Made by a program: the position numbers and the translations under genes
Source: Octopus bimaculoides
Lineage: Eukaryota
Length of the DNA: 46,132 nucleotides
Assembly (NCBI RefSeq): GCF_001194135.2
Contig: NC_068984.1
Span: 91,192,339 to 91,238,470, forward strand
Reading direction: 5' to 3'
In this document: positions 11,385 through 23,853 of the stretch, in pieces
How positions within the stretch are numbered: the first letter of the stretch is position 1
Layout of the letters: every line of letters begins with the position of its first letter
The notes under the pieces: model-generated
The model's database searches: none
Seen by the model: only the letters and a program-made list of their open reading frames with translations
What the model was told of the DNA's origin: nothing

Positions 11385-12325
11385 CCTACTGAAATGCTTA
11401 AAATATCTGGAGTAGGATATGCCCTAGTCACTCTTATAGTCAATCATGTGTTACATATCCAATAACTGGTGTAGCAGCATTATAGTTAGCTGCTACATGA
11501 GTAAAGGTGATACTTAAGAAACAATTACAAATGTATCAAACTGCTGGATCAAGCCATGAAAGTTACAGAGAGAGTTATAGTCTAATTGGCTAGAATAGAT
11601 GAGATGCAGTTTGATTTTGTGCCAAGGAGAAGTACTACAGATGCCATCTTCCTAATGAGGCAGTTGTAAGAGAAGTATCTAGCAAAAAATATATCATTGT
11701 ACTTGACATACATCAACCTGGGGAACACCTTCAATAGAGTCACTCATTCTGTTATCTGGTGGCCTCTAACGAAGTTAGAAGTAGAGAAATGGTTTGTCAA
11801 ACAAGCCATGTAAAAGGGTGCTGTCAATAGAGAAGAGTCAGCTATGAGTACAGTGATGAATTAAGTGTACAAATAGGAGTTCACCAGGGCTCAGTTCTTG
11901 ATTCCCTCTTATTCATCGTAGTCCTCGAGGCTACAACAGAGGAATTTAAGACTGGCTTGCATGGATGCTTTTATATGTTGATAACCTCACTCTTCTAACA
12001 AAATCTACAACAGAATTAAAAAAGTGGGCCTTAAATTTAACCTAGTGAAGACCAAAGTTGTTAGCAAGAAAGCAGTTAAGACTATTTTTCCATCAAGTAA
12101 ATAAATGGCCCTGCTCAATATGTAGGAAAAGTGTTGGAAAGAATTCCATCTGATGCACTCAGTGCAAGCTATGGTCACATAAGAGGTGCAATGGAATCAC
12201 AGGTAGGTTAACAGAAAGTTGTTTGTGAAAGATGCACAGAAACAATAAACACTTGGGACACACAGTAACTAGATTTTCTCAAATGCCCAGGAGGCTCCCT
12301 AAAGGTTGTAGGTAGTTTTTGTTAC
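11385..12325 (+). mobile_element. Decayed RTE LINE RT fragment (same family as 1-359)
   Basis: Remnants TEMLKISG, LLDQAMKVTERV, IDEMQFDFVPRRSTTDAIFLMRQL, IGVHQGSVL and the Cys-rich insert WPCSICRKSVGKNSI..CTQCKLW.HKRC. Multiple stops and frameshifts. Confidence 0.85.
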
Positions 12326-12389
12326 TGTATATATTTGTTTTTGTATGTGTGTGTGAAAATATGTATATGTATGTATACATTAATATATT

Positions 12390-12830
12390 CTCTTTTTTTC
12401 TTTTTACCTTGCTGGGTCTGAAGGGATTAGCAGTGTCCATGGCCCTTGCAATTCCTCCTTGACCTATGAGATTGATACCATTTCTTTTTCTCTTAAACTG
12501 TAAAACAACACCTAAAGATATTAATAAAATGGGATTTAATGGAAGGACTGGGTGTAGTTGTTAATGTAGGCTCTGGAGTGTTGAACAGTATAATAGTGAT
12601 GAGAGGAGGAGAGGGCAGTAAGTCTGGTTACCTGAGTAGAGTGAAGCATGTACCTAGTAAGCTCTAAAGAGCAGAGGTCAGTATAATAATGATAGAAAAG
12701 GTTGAGAAAGGAGATGGAATGTTTGTGGGCCAGAGACTGGATTATGTCTGTGACTGACTTAAAAGTGGCTCTTTTCTGGATGTGGTGTAGAATGTCTAGA
12801 GTGTCTCTCAGCAGCACCAACTCATAGCAA
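12390..12830 (-). mobile_element. CR1/L2/Crack-like LINE 3' end
   Basis: ORF 12536-12820 (LDILHHIQKRA...QSLAHKHSISFLNLFYHYYTDLCSLEL...SSSHHYYTV...YTQSF) resembles the post-RT C-terminus of CR1-group LINEs. Clade assignment is tentative. Confidence 0.6.
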
Positions 12831-13071
12831 CTTGTACATAAAACTGAGAGTAATATTGCAATTTGTACATAAAACTGATAAAAATCATCTGTTGACTGGA
12901 CTACAATTTTGTATAGAATTGTCCAAAAAATAAAAGAGAGAGAGAGAATAACTGAAATTCTTATTAATAACGAAATTCAAATTAAAAATCAATGCATAGA
13001 TTCAACTTCTAAGCAGTATGGTTAATAACCATTCTACCAGTCACATTCATACAGGACTTACAAAATATATG

Positions 13072-13113
<42 letters not shown>

Positions 13114-13118
13114 TGTAT

Positions 13119-13946
13119 NNNNNNNNNNNNNNNNNNNNNNNNNNNNNNNNNNNNNNNNNNNNNNNNNNNNNNNNNNNNNNNNNNNNNNNNNNNNNNNNNN
13201 NNNNNNNNNNNNNNNNNNNNNNNNNNNNNNNNNNNNNNNNNNNNNNNNNNNNNNNNNNNNNNNNNNNNNNNNNNNNNNNNNNNNNNNNNNNNNNNNNNNN
13301 NNNNNNNNNNNNNNNNNNNNNNNNNNNNNNNNNNNNNNNNNNNNNNNNNNNNNNNNNNNNNNNNNNNNNNNNNNNNNNNNNNNNNNNNNNNNNNNNNNNN
13401 NNNNNNNNNNNNNNNNNNNNNNNNNNNNNNNNNNNNNNNNNNNNNNNNNNNNNNNNNNNNNNNNNNNNNNNNNNNNNNNNNNNNNNNNNNNNNNNNNNNN
13501 NNNNNNNNNNNNNNNNNNNNNNNNNNNNNNNNNNNNNNNNNNNNNNNNNNNNNNNNNNNNNNNNNNNNNNNNNNNNNNNNNNNNNNNNNNNNNNNNNNNN
13601 NNNNNNNNNNNNNNNNNNNNNNNNNNNNNNNNNNNNNNNNNNNNNNNNNNNNNNNNNNNNNNNNNNNNNNNNNNNNNNNNNNNNNNNNNNNNNNNNNNNN
13701 NNNNNNNNNNNNNNNNNNNNNNNNNNNNNNNNNNNNNNNNNNNNNNNNNNNNNNNNNNNNNNNNNNNNNNNNNNNNNNNNNNNNNNNNNNNNNNNNNNNN
13801 NNNNNNNNNNNNNNNNNNNNNNNNNNNNNNNNNNNNNNNNNNNNNNNNNNNNNNNNNNNNNNNNNNNNNNNNNNNNNNNNNNNNNNNNNNNNNNNNNNNN
13901 NNNNNNNNNNNNNNNNNNNNNNNNNNNNNNNNNNNNNNNNNNNNNN
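13119..13946. other. Assembly gap (N run, about 830 nt)
   Basis: N characters. Other gaps lie at about 4380-4441, 8229-8238, 18960-18969, 24058-24382, 32677-32686 and 44241-44295. Confidence 0.99.
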
Positions 13947-13949
13947 ATA

Positions 13950-14205
13950 TATCGTCGTCGTCGTCGTTTAACGTCCGCTTTCCATGCTAGCATGGGTTGG
14001 ACGATTTGACTGAGGACTGGTGAAACCAGATGGCTACACCAGGCTCCAATCTGATTTGGCAGAGTTTCTACAGCTGGATGCCCTTCCTAACGCCAACCAC
14101 TCAGAGAGTGTAGTGGGTGCTTTTACGTGTCACCCGCACGAAGGCCAGTCAGGCGGTACTGGCAACATCCACGCTCAAAATGGTGCATTTCATGTGCCAC
14201 CCGCA
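13950..14205 (-). mobile_element. Young RTE-type 3' tail copy, with (CGT)n in place of (CAT)n
   Basis: ATCGTCGTCGTCGTCGTTTAACGTCCGCTTTCCATGCTAGCATGGG..., near-identical to 5683-5838. Confidence 0.85.
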
Positions 14206-14935
14206 CTAAATATATATAACAATAACAGTGTTACAGATGTGTGTGCGTGTGTATGTATATATGTACACACACAAAATTAATTATAAAATCTACCAGATCT
14301 TAATTTTTAAATCTGGTATGAAGTAAGTTGTAACAGTACTCCCATAATCCTTTAAGACCTACTACAAAGCATACAAACATCACATCATTACTATACTTGT
14401 ATAATATATACTTTTTTCTTTATTTTCACATCTAAATTTTAGAGATGCACATTCTATACACAAACAGTTTTCCCAGTCAACTGTCTCAGCATATTCAGAA
14501 TAGCATGATCAAAATTACATTTATTGTCCAACTTTCAGTAGAGAAAGCCAGGATGTAATATTAATATTTTTATTGAAAATACTACTTGAATTATTTAACT
14601 CTTAAACGTCCTCGATATAAATCTCCCAATTAAAAACTGGTGACTTTGATGAAATGCAGCCAATCCAGTATAAAAAAAGTCATAAAAATATAACTAGAGC
14701 TTGGATTTGGATGAAATTTGCTGATAGGATATAATGATTGTTGTAGTATACTATGAATGTTACTTGCACCTGTTGTCATTTCACTTTCACTTAAGTTGAA
14801 TGCAGGTAAGTTGATTTCATGTAGATGTTTTCACATATATTTATGAGTTATCAACTTCTGGGCATCAGTTTCCTGCTCAAAAGTTGAATTTGTGCTTCAT
14901 TTACTCTCTCTAACCTGGAAGCTACACAATTCTCA

Positions 14936-15332
14936 TGCAAAGAGTGACTGTGTGGTAAGTAGTTTGCTTACCAACCACATGGTTCCGGGTTCAGTCCCAC
15001 AGTGTGGCACCTTGGGCAAGGGTCTTCTACTATAGCCTTAGGCCAACAAAAGCCTTGTGAGTGAATTTGGTAGACGGAAACTGGAAGAAGCCTGTCGTAT
15101 ATATGTATGTGTGTGTATATGTTTATGTGTCTGTGTTTGTCCTCTCAACATCGCTTGACAACTGATGCTGGTGTGTTTATGTCCCTGTGACTTAGCAGTT
15201 CAGCAAAAGAGACCACTAGAATAAGTACTTGGCTTACAAAAAATAAGTTTGGGGGCCGATTTGCTTGACTAAAGGCAGTGCTCCAGCATGGCCACTGTCA
15301 AATGACTGAAACAAATAAAAGAATAAAAGAAT
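14936..15332 (+). mobile_element. tRNA-derived SINE, family A, full length
   Basis: Head GAGTGACTGTGTGGTAAG...GGTTCCGGGTTCAGTCCC (A/B-box like). Homologous copies at 7990, 16579, 29600, 33620 and 36804. Confidence 0.88.
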
Positions 15333-15529
15333 ACATTTATTTCCTCTATTGAAAGGTTTTGTAAGGTCCAATAAATTTATTCTTATTATAATAATTACAT
15401 TTTTCTTGTAAACTCACTAGTATGCAGAAGCCCTACATTTAAGAAATATCAATAAATTAATGTTTTTTGTTTTTAATCTTTAGTATTCACTAATGACAGT
15501 ATCGATGTAATATCAGCTGTGTGATAACT

Positions 15530-16395
15530 CTAGTGAAGACCAACCTCAGGATGGTGAGCCTCCCAGAGGAGATGACAAAGGTCCAAGATGATTGGTGATT
15601 CACTGTTCTCTAGAAATCACTTTAGAAGATCTGTTCTTCTCAGCAAAAAAATGAGGTCCTAAAAGCATATCATTTATGTTTTTGCCCTTGCACCCAGTCT
15701 GTCCCTGTTCAGCCCACCCACAATACACCCATCCCTCCATTGCTCTTCTAACTACTGCACTTTTTCATGCCCCTTTTGTACTATCACTGTATCCTTAGAA
15801 TCACTTTCTGTTGTCACCCATTCCACATTCTTACTACTCTCTTCTGAATATCCTCTCATATCTACCATTGAATCCCCCTTCCCTCCATCATGATTTGTCA
15901 CTATGTTTATCCCCACATAATTCTGACCTTAATTGTTTCGGTGCCTCCCCTTTTCACACTACCCACACTTCAAATCTCCCTATTTCTCATCTATTTATAG
16001 TTTTATTATAATGTTGCTCTGCACCCCACCATCTTTTGTACTGCTACTTATCACCTCCCTGATACACTTCCATTTCTTTCACCTTCTCTCCCAAACTGAT
16101 GTTCATCATTGACCATGCATTGACTATTCACAGTAATACCCTCTGTCCTCTTCTCTAACTATCTGCCACTCCCCTTTCACACTCACCAATTACCCACCCT
16201 TCCCAATTCTCTCTCCCTATTCTCTCATATAATTGTACCTCGAGGATACACCCTGACACCTCATTACCATTATCCTCTCTCTCTTTCCAACTGGGCTTGC
16301 CATGTATCTCCTCTACAGCAAGATACCTATTCCTGCCTCTATATCATACTTTATCCACTCAACAATTGGCCTATCAAATGATGATGATGATAATG
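15530..16395 (+). mobile_element. RTE 3' end with long CT-rich 3'UTR (second copy)
   Basis: Shares blocks such as GAAGATCTG...CTCAGCAAAA..TGAGGTCCTAAA and GCCATGTATCT...ACAGCAAGATACCT with 9430-10130 and 32185-32990. Ends in (GAT)n. Confidence 0.65.
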
Positions 16396-16430
16396 AGCGT
16401 GTGTGTGTGTGTATGTGTGTATACTTAATA

Positions 16431-16467
<37 letters not shown>

Positions 16468-16471
<4 letters not shown>

Positions 16472-16553
16472 TCATCGTTTAACGTCCGCTTTCCATGCTA
16501 GCATGGGTTGGACGATTTGACTGAGGACTGGTGAAACCGGATGGCAACACCAA
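16468..16553 (-). mobile_element. 86-bp 5'-truncated RTE tail inserted in (TA)n
   Basis: Nearly identical to 13950-14035. (TA)n on both flanks. Confidence 0.85.
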
Positions 16554-16578
16554 ACTATATATATATATATATATAATT

Positions 16579-16765
16579 ACAGGCATAGCTGTGTGATTAA
16601 GGAGTTTACTCCCCAACCACATGGCTTCAGGTTTGGGTTCAGTACCACTGCATAGTAAGTCTTTTCTACAACATTTCTGGTCTGACCAAAGCCTTGTCAG
16701 TGGATTTGGTAGATGGAAACTGAAAGAAGCCTGTCATGTATATATATCTGTGTGTGCATTTGTGT
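16579..16765 (+). mobile_element. SINE family A, 5' half
   Basis: Homology to 14936-15130. Confidence 0.8.
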
Positions 16766-17059
16766 TTCCTTATTACATTGTGTGAAAGTTGTAAAGAGAC
16801 AGTTCCATCATACAAGCAGTGCCTTTGGTTTCCAATCTTCAGTGAAAACATATCTGGTCATTTGCCATGTGAACATGGAAAAGTGGATAGGAATGTGTTT
16901 TACTTTCCTTATTTGATATTGTTTCCTTTGTTCAAGTTGGCTGCTTGAATGTGTATTACCTGGTTATTTAATTAGTTTATATAATTTGAGTTTATTATAT
17001 TGTCCAACTGTTGCCAACATGGAAAATGGACATTAACGATGATAATGATGATATAAATA

Positions 17060-17278
17060 TGGATTTCAAGTTTTGACACAAAGTCATTAATTTTGAGGGT
17101 GGAGGGTAAGTCAATTATGTTGACCCCAGTGTTCAACTGGTATTTATTTTATCGGCCCTGAAAAGGTGAAAGGCAAAGTCTCCTTCAGCAGAATTTGAAC
17201 TCAGAATGTGAACACAGATGAAATGCCACTGAACATTTTGCTTAGCATTCTAATGATTCTGCCAGCTCGCTGCCTTAT
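17060..17278 (-). mobile_element. tRNA-derived SINE, family B (decayed)
   Basis: The minus strand begins TAAGGCAGCGAGCTGGCAGAATC and contains B-box-like GAGTTCAAATTC. Confidence 0.65.
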
Positions 17279-18423
17279 GATGATATATACATATCAAAAA
17301 CATTTCCTATTTAGATTTATTTGTAGTATGGTTCACTAAAAGAAATTTGTAACTTTATGAAGTGCTTGTGATAGTATAGAACAAAATTTATGCTGGTTTT
17401 GTCATTTGTGGCATTGATGTTAGCCCTTTTTTCTAAAGTTGCTATTTCAGTACTAGTTTTAGAAAATGAATGTGTATATTTTATAAAATATATAGAAGTA
17501 TGCTATCAGTACATTTCCAAAAGATTGTAGTTTAATTAAAAATTAGTATTTAATTTATAAAATGGTGCCCTCCAAAATTTGGCACCTAGGATATTGCTTT
17601 ACCTGCCCCACCCTAATTACACCCTTGCCAACCTGTCACTTTTTAATGCATATAATCATCCCAATTTTGAAACTTCTATTAGAATACCTTATTTAATTTC
17701 AAATATCTTGTGTTTTTTCATGTTCAGTAAAAACTCCTTTCCTAATGCAACTTTATACAAGATTTTTGTGTTTTACATATTCTCTTGCTTATTTTTTGTT
17801 TTGAATCTAAATCATTCTAACTTATTCAACTTGTGCCTAAAATTCCTCATTCTTATTCTCAGCATTTATGAGATTACTATGTTTTCATTTGAACAGTTAT
17901 TCTCTTTAATTAATTTAATTCAAGTATTCTACATCTGAGCATAATGGCATGCTTATTTTTCTTTCATTTGTATATCTAATACTTATACAGTGCTGCCATG
18001 TCTTCTATTCTTGACTATCATCAATTCAAAATGTAGATGTAATAAATTTATCCCCATTGATAATTTTAGATATTTCTTTAAATGTTACATTCTTTGGTTA
18101 GCTTTCATAAAGGATAGCTTATCTTTGAAAAGTCTAAAAGTTATATTTTTTTTCTCAAAAATATAATTATTTTAAGCTTGTTTAAAGTAGCATACCAAAA
18201 ATCATGTCAAAAAGCGGTAGTCATTTCTATAGAATGCATATTTACGCTTTCAAACAATGTCTATACATTTCTAAAATATGAAAAGAATTATTATTAAATT
18301 TCAATTCTTCAATTAGATATAAAAGGAGCATCTGAATTAAATACTTTTATTGATTGTTGTAATATTTCATTTGATTTTTTTTTTACTGTTAATTTATTTT
18401 TTATATACTTTTATTTTTGCTAG

Positions 18424-18564
18424 GTGGAGAAGACCGATCATGTAGTTACAACATAGTAGAGAAATATAATCCTCGAAAAGATCAGTGGACATTTGCACCA
18501 AGCTTAAAACGTAGACGGGCAGGTGCTGGAGTAACTGAATGTGATGGAAAGATATTTGTTGCTG
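18424..18564 (+). CDS. Kelch-repeat protein, internal exon (141 nt, phase 1-1)
   Basis: T-rich acceptor ...TTTTTGCTAG, donor GTGAGC. Encodes (G)GEDRSCSYNIVEKYNPRKDQWTFAPSLKRRRAGAGVTECDGKIFVA(G), with the Kelch GG, Y/W and R pattern. Confidence 0.95.
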
Positions 18565-18925
18565 GTGAGCTTCATTTTTTAATTATTCAGTTTATTTTAG
18601 TATTATATGGTAGTAGAAAGAAGTCCTGGTGACTAAAACATTACAGCTGGTACAAGCTTAAAATATTTAAGACTCACGTTTAACAAGACATATTTTGCTA
18701 TTCAATATTTTTTGGTCACCAGCTATCACAGTGATAACAGAAAATACAACTGGACTGAAAGATAACGTTTACTTTTATTGTCAGCAGAAGGCAGGGCAAT
18801 CACTATCAGTTTAATTGTGTTTATTGGATTTCTTTTGCTTTTCATACATCTCAATCGCAACACACCTCTATAAATTAACAGAAGAGTCCTTATGATGTAT
18901 CAGTTGTATGTGTAAGTGTCTGTGA

Positions 18926-18959
<34 letters not shown>

Positions 18960-19109
18960 NNNNNNNNNNCACACACACACACACACACAATTAGAATTGA
19001 ATTTTTGATGTAACCACGATGATCGGATGGGCTAGCTTTTCTTTATTTGCATTGATTTGTGAATATACAATTGTATTGTATAATGTCAAGCTTGCATATT
19101 AATGCAAAC

Positions 19110-19482
19110 ATGCTTGAGAAGACCTGTTGAGTCAATTGAAATCATTGTCATGTCCGATGCCAGTGCTGCCTGACTGGCACACATGCCAGTAGCATGTAAA
19201 AGCACCATTCGAGCATGACTCATGCCAGTGCCAAGTGACACATAAAAAGCACCATCCAAGCATGGTCAATGCCAGCGCCGCCTAACTGGCCCCCATGCTG
19301 GTGGCACATAAAAAGCACCCACTACTCTGAGTGGTTGGTGTTAATAAGGGTATCCAGCTGTAGAAACCTTGCCAGATCAAATTGAAGCCTGGTGCAGCCT
19401 CCTAGCATGCCAGTCCTCAGTTGAACCGTCCAATACATGCCAGCATGGAAAGTGGACGTTAAATGATGATGATGATGATGAA
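19110..19482 (+). mobile_element. RTE-type 3'UTR/tail copy
   Basis: Internal GTGGCACATAAAAAGCACC sub-repeats, then the conserved tail GGAAAGTGGACGTTAAAT(GAT)n. Confidence 0.8.
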
Positions 19483-20589
19483 ATTATTACTACATGAAGA
19501 AGTCTGTGAAATGGCTGTAATCCTAAGAATGACAAGTTATTAAATAAATATATTCACCTCTCATACCTTGTGACTTTATATATATATATATATATATATA
19601 CTTTATTTAAAAGCAGCAGAAATATAACTAAAGCTGTAACTAAGAGTTTCATGTTCCCGTTCGTCGGACAGTTTTGTTAAAATAAAACAAAAATAATGAT
19701 ATGATCAAAACTAGTTAAAGGATACCCTTTAAAAATGGATTTGTTTCATTGGTCCTTTCAATTAACGGTCTTAAGCATGCAATGAACAAAATAAACAAGA
19801 TAAATTCAATATAAATTCTTATAAAAATCAAGGAAAACCTTAAATCAAAGAAATATATACAATATCTTTGTGATGCAAAATAAATCATGTATTATAAGAA
19901 ACAAATCTAACAGTGTGATTAAAAACTAATCCAAGAATCAAAAAATATATACTATCCATATGGTATATTGTTAGCCAACATTTTAAATTTAGTTGCGTGT
20001 TTGCAGGAATTCAAGAGTTCGCGTCTTTGATTTAAAGAGTTATTGTCCTAGAATAAAATATATTTTTCCAGCAGGCATAAATCACATCAAATGAAAAACA
20101 TATCTGGCAATAGTGAAATATTATCTTACTTGGAAACATGTGGGTTGACAGTAGGGAGGGTATCTGGCCATAGAAAGTCTGCCTCAACAAATTCCCTCTG
20201 ACCGATGCAAGCGAAGGAAAGTAGATATTAAAACAATCCATCTCAATGTTGTTCTGATCAAAAGGTACCAGTATCTGTCACAACTGCGATTTTACTTGGC
20301 TTGATGGGTCTACTTCTCAAGCACAACATAATACCAAAGGTTTTGGTTATTGCCTCCGTGAGGCCCAACACTCAAAAGGAACTCAGCCACTTTGCCTCCA
20401 TCAGGCCCAACGCTCAAGAGGAACTCAGCCACTACGATGATGATAATAATTTATAAGTATATATTATCACATTGTGCTTGTCTCCTTTTGCATTTTCCCA
20501 AAACTACCCAGTGGCTTAATAAATAATAAAAGCAAAACTTTATCTACCCTGCCCTCACCCCCCCCCCCCCACTAGCAGTTACGTATCCA

Positions 20590-22450
20590 TCATCATTATC
20601 ATCATCATTGTTGCATGTCCATTTTCCATGCTGGCATGGGCTGGATGGTTTGACTGAGGTCTGGAGAGCCAGCAGCTGCACCAGGCTCCAATTTGATCTG
20701 GCAATGTTTCAACAGCTGGATGCCCTTCCTAATGCCAACCACTCCGAGAGTGTAGTGGGTGCTTTTTATGTTCTACCAGCACAGGAGCCAGTTTAGGCAG
20801 ACCTGGCATCAATCATGTTTGGATAGTGCTTTTTACGTGCCACTGGCACAATAGCCAGTGATGGGGTACTGGCATCAGCCACATTCAGATACTTCTTTTT
20901 ATGTACCTATGTACCACCAGCATGGGAGCCAGTCAGGCAGACCTGGCATCAACCACGTTTGAATGGTGTTTTTTACATGCCACCAGCACGGGAGCCATGT
21001 GGGCGACAAGACCATAACCCACACTGCCCGATATTTTAAGCATCTCAGCTGTGATTCCTGATGGGCCAGGTACTTTCCTTGTCTTGCTTTATCTACCAGT
21101 ACCCTGGTAGATAAAGCAATTGACAGTCAATTGGAATAGCTGGTCCCTCAATTGGGTCAACCTTTGCCAGACTCTCCTCCTCTCAGTCATTCTCCACATT
21201 CAGCAGTCTTTCATAATGGCATCTCCAAGCCTCTTTCTTTGCAGAATCATTAAACACAAGGGCATCATCATCCATGCGGACACATTTCTCTCCTATGACA
21301 TCACAGTTTTCTCTCACGCACTGTCTTGCAATCCGAAATTCTTCAGTTCTTTGGTCCTCATGTTGCTGAACATAGGCAAACTTCTTCTTTTCTGCTACTC
21401 ATTTGGCTATATATACCTGTCTCCTAGCTTCCCTTTTGTCTATCTGATATAGTCTCCTACTACTCCCACTCTTCCCGGCCTGTTTCTTTGCTCTAATGAC
21501 CCTGTCTACAGTATTGTTCCACTACCATGTTACCCTAGGTCTGGAAGGGACTTTGCACCATCCACAAATTTGGTCTGTGACACTCAGCAAGCTGTGTCGC
21601 AGGAATCCCCAGCTGCCTTCTATGTCACAGGACTGTAGCTCCTCCTCCCTATTATCAAATTTCTCAGTAAGGATATCCCTAAACTTCTGACCATGTGAAG
21701 GGTTCTTAAGCTTGCAAGTCCTTCTTTTCCAGATTGGTCTGCTTTTTGGCATCCTTCTGGCCCCGAGTCTAAAGTCACCAATAACTAGCCTATGGGGTGG
21801 GGTTCATTCTTCACCAGGGAGGGTCTTTGTATGTAAAAGCAACCATGCATCCCACTGTCTGGTAGAGAATGAAAGCAATCTGTGAGACCCAACACTCGAA
21901 AGGAACTCAACCACTTTGCCTCCGTGAGGCCCAACGCTTGAAAGGTGTTCTTTACATGCCACCATCACCGGTGCACTTGGCTTGACAGCTCCTCTCAAGC
22001 ACAGCACACCGCCAAAGGTTTCAGTCACTAGTCGTTACTTCTGTGAGGCTCAAAGTTTGAAGATCATGCTTCACCACCTCATTCCATGTCTTCCTGGATC
22101 TACATCTACCACAAGTTCCCTCCACAGTTAGAGATTGGCACTTCTTTACACAGTTGTCCTCGCCCATACGCATCACATGACTGTACCAGCACAGTTGTCT
22201 CTTTGGCACACATCTGATGCCTCTTATGCCCTACTTTTCTCTCAAGATGCTTACACTCTGTTGTACATGCACACTGACATTACATATCCAGAGGAGCATA
22301 CCGGCTTCATTTCTTACAAGCCTACACATGTCTTCAGCTGTCACATCCCATGTTTCACTGCCATGCAGCATAGCTGTCCGCACACAGACATCAAACAATC
22401 TGCCTTTCATTCTGTGAGAGAGGCCCTTTGTTGCCAGCAGAGGTAGGAGC
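20590..22450 (-). mobile_element. Composite RTE LINE remnant
   Basis: 22450-21980 encodes the RT C-terminus (LPLLATKGLSHRMKGRLFDVCVRTAMLHGSETW...LCWYSHVMRM...RKTWNEVVKHDL). 21780-21020 encodes the EN-RT linker (WKRRTCKLKNP...GWCKVPSRPRVTW...PGPSGITAEMLKIS). 21010-20590 is 3'UTR plus (GAT)n tail. Confidence 0.85.
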
Positions 22451-22575
22451 TCTCTGAACTTTGCACCAGTAAATAAATATGCATTATATTTGACAGAATA
22501 ATCTGAATGGTAAAGGGTTAAAAGATGAATTTTTTACTAATACTGCCATTGAGATTTCTTGTTTTCTGTTTACAG

Positions 22576-22768
22576 GAGGTTATGACAAATCTTTGCACAT
22601 GGATAGGGCAAGTGTTGAATGTTTTGATCCTGAAACTGAAGAGTGGACATTAGTTGCAGAAATGGAGAAACCACGTTCAGGACTAGTGCTCATGGCAATA
22701 GACCATTATATTTATGCTTTTGGGGGACGCTGTCGGCATACAGATCGTTATTTTGATATTGTTGAAAG
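22576..22768 (+). CDS. Kelch-repeat protein, internal exon (193 nt, phase 1-2)
   Basis: Acceptor TTTTCTGTTTACAG, donor GTATGG. Encodes (G)GYDKSLHMDRASVECFDPETEEWTLVAEMEKPRSGLVLMAIDHYIYAFGGRCRHTDRYFDIVE(R), in frame with the previous exon. Confidence 0.96.
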
Positions 22769-23853
22769 GTATGGAATTTTTACAGGTTTTTTAACAAAGT
22801 TTAAGCTTAAAGAATTTTCTATATATCTATCTCCAAAAAGTGAGATGTAGGATTTTTACTTGAAGTTACATTGGAAGCTTAATGAAGAAAATCTATTTTG
22901 GTGGGTATTTTCTGTTATGCTATTAATTACTATTAGCTGCACCCATGGACATTCTACAGTTATTTAAAAAATTGTATGATGAAATTGTATATTTTTCTGA
23001 AACATTTGATTCTTCAGAAGATGTAAAAATCCACACAGTTGGTATTGAAGCGGCAATCAATCAATCAGTCAGTCAATCTGTCTGTCATATTCTACTTACA
23101 TTTCTGTCGATGTAAGTATTTGTCTACTCTAACTATAAGGATTACCATTTAAACCAGATGATTAATAAAAAGACTTAAATAATCGTGATGCCCCAACATG
23201 GCCTCAGCCTTTGGGCTGCTACACATAAAAAGGTAAAAGTAACATCCGCAGCTATCTGCTAATGTTATTTCACCATGATTTAGCTATGTGTTGATATATC
23301 TTGTTTTTCTATTTTCTATCTGTCAATGAGTCTATCTATCCACATTGATACATTGCCAGATTGAAGGTACACAAACAGTTGAACATTAAAATTTGTAAGA
23401 ACAAATAAACTTTTATTTTTATTGTCTGTCACAATATTCAATTACACAACATTGAAATCATGTAACTACTTTCCACTCATCTGTTCCTTTTAATCAACAT
23501 TCATTCACTCACTCACTCATTCTCTTTGCCTCTCACCTCATCTATACCAAATGCCCCTGCACTTAACATGTTTATATTTCTCTTTTTCTACTTCTTTCTT
23601 CAACTAACTAAACACACAACATAATAGTAATACCTTTCTTTTGCCTCTCAGCACTAACACTCTTCTCTCTTTCTCTCTCCCTTTACACCTCTCCCTTGAG
23701 CTAACCATGTGACAGCGTCACAGATTTGATATTAGCATAACTCTTACTTTCTCCCTATATCACTCAACACTTTTCTCTCTCTCTTTTTCTTTTGCTCGTC
23801 ACCTCTCCCTTCAACTGACCATGTGACAGCATAATGCACTCAGTCTTAGATAA

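Noticed and set aside
13018-14009. Long ORFs of about 300 aa (also 4192-4548, 23950-24534, 43923-44504)
   Set aside because: Artefacts of N gaps translated as X.
19130-19330. Short repeated units resembling a CRISPR-like array (also 20750-21000)
   Set aside because: Degenerate internal 3'UTR repeats of the RTE family in a eukaryote, with no unique spacers or cas genes.
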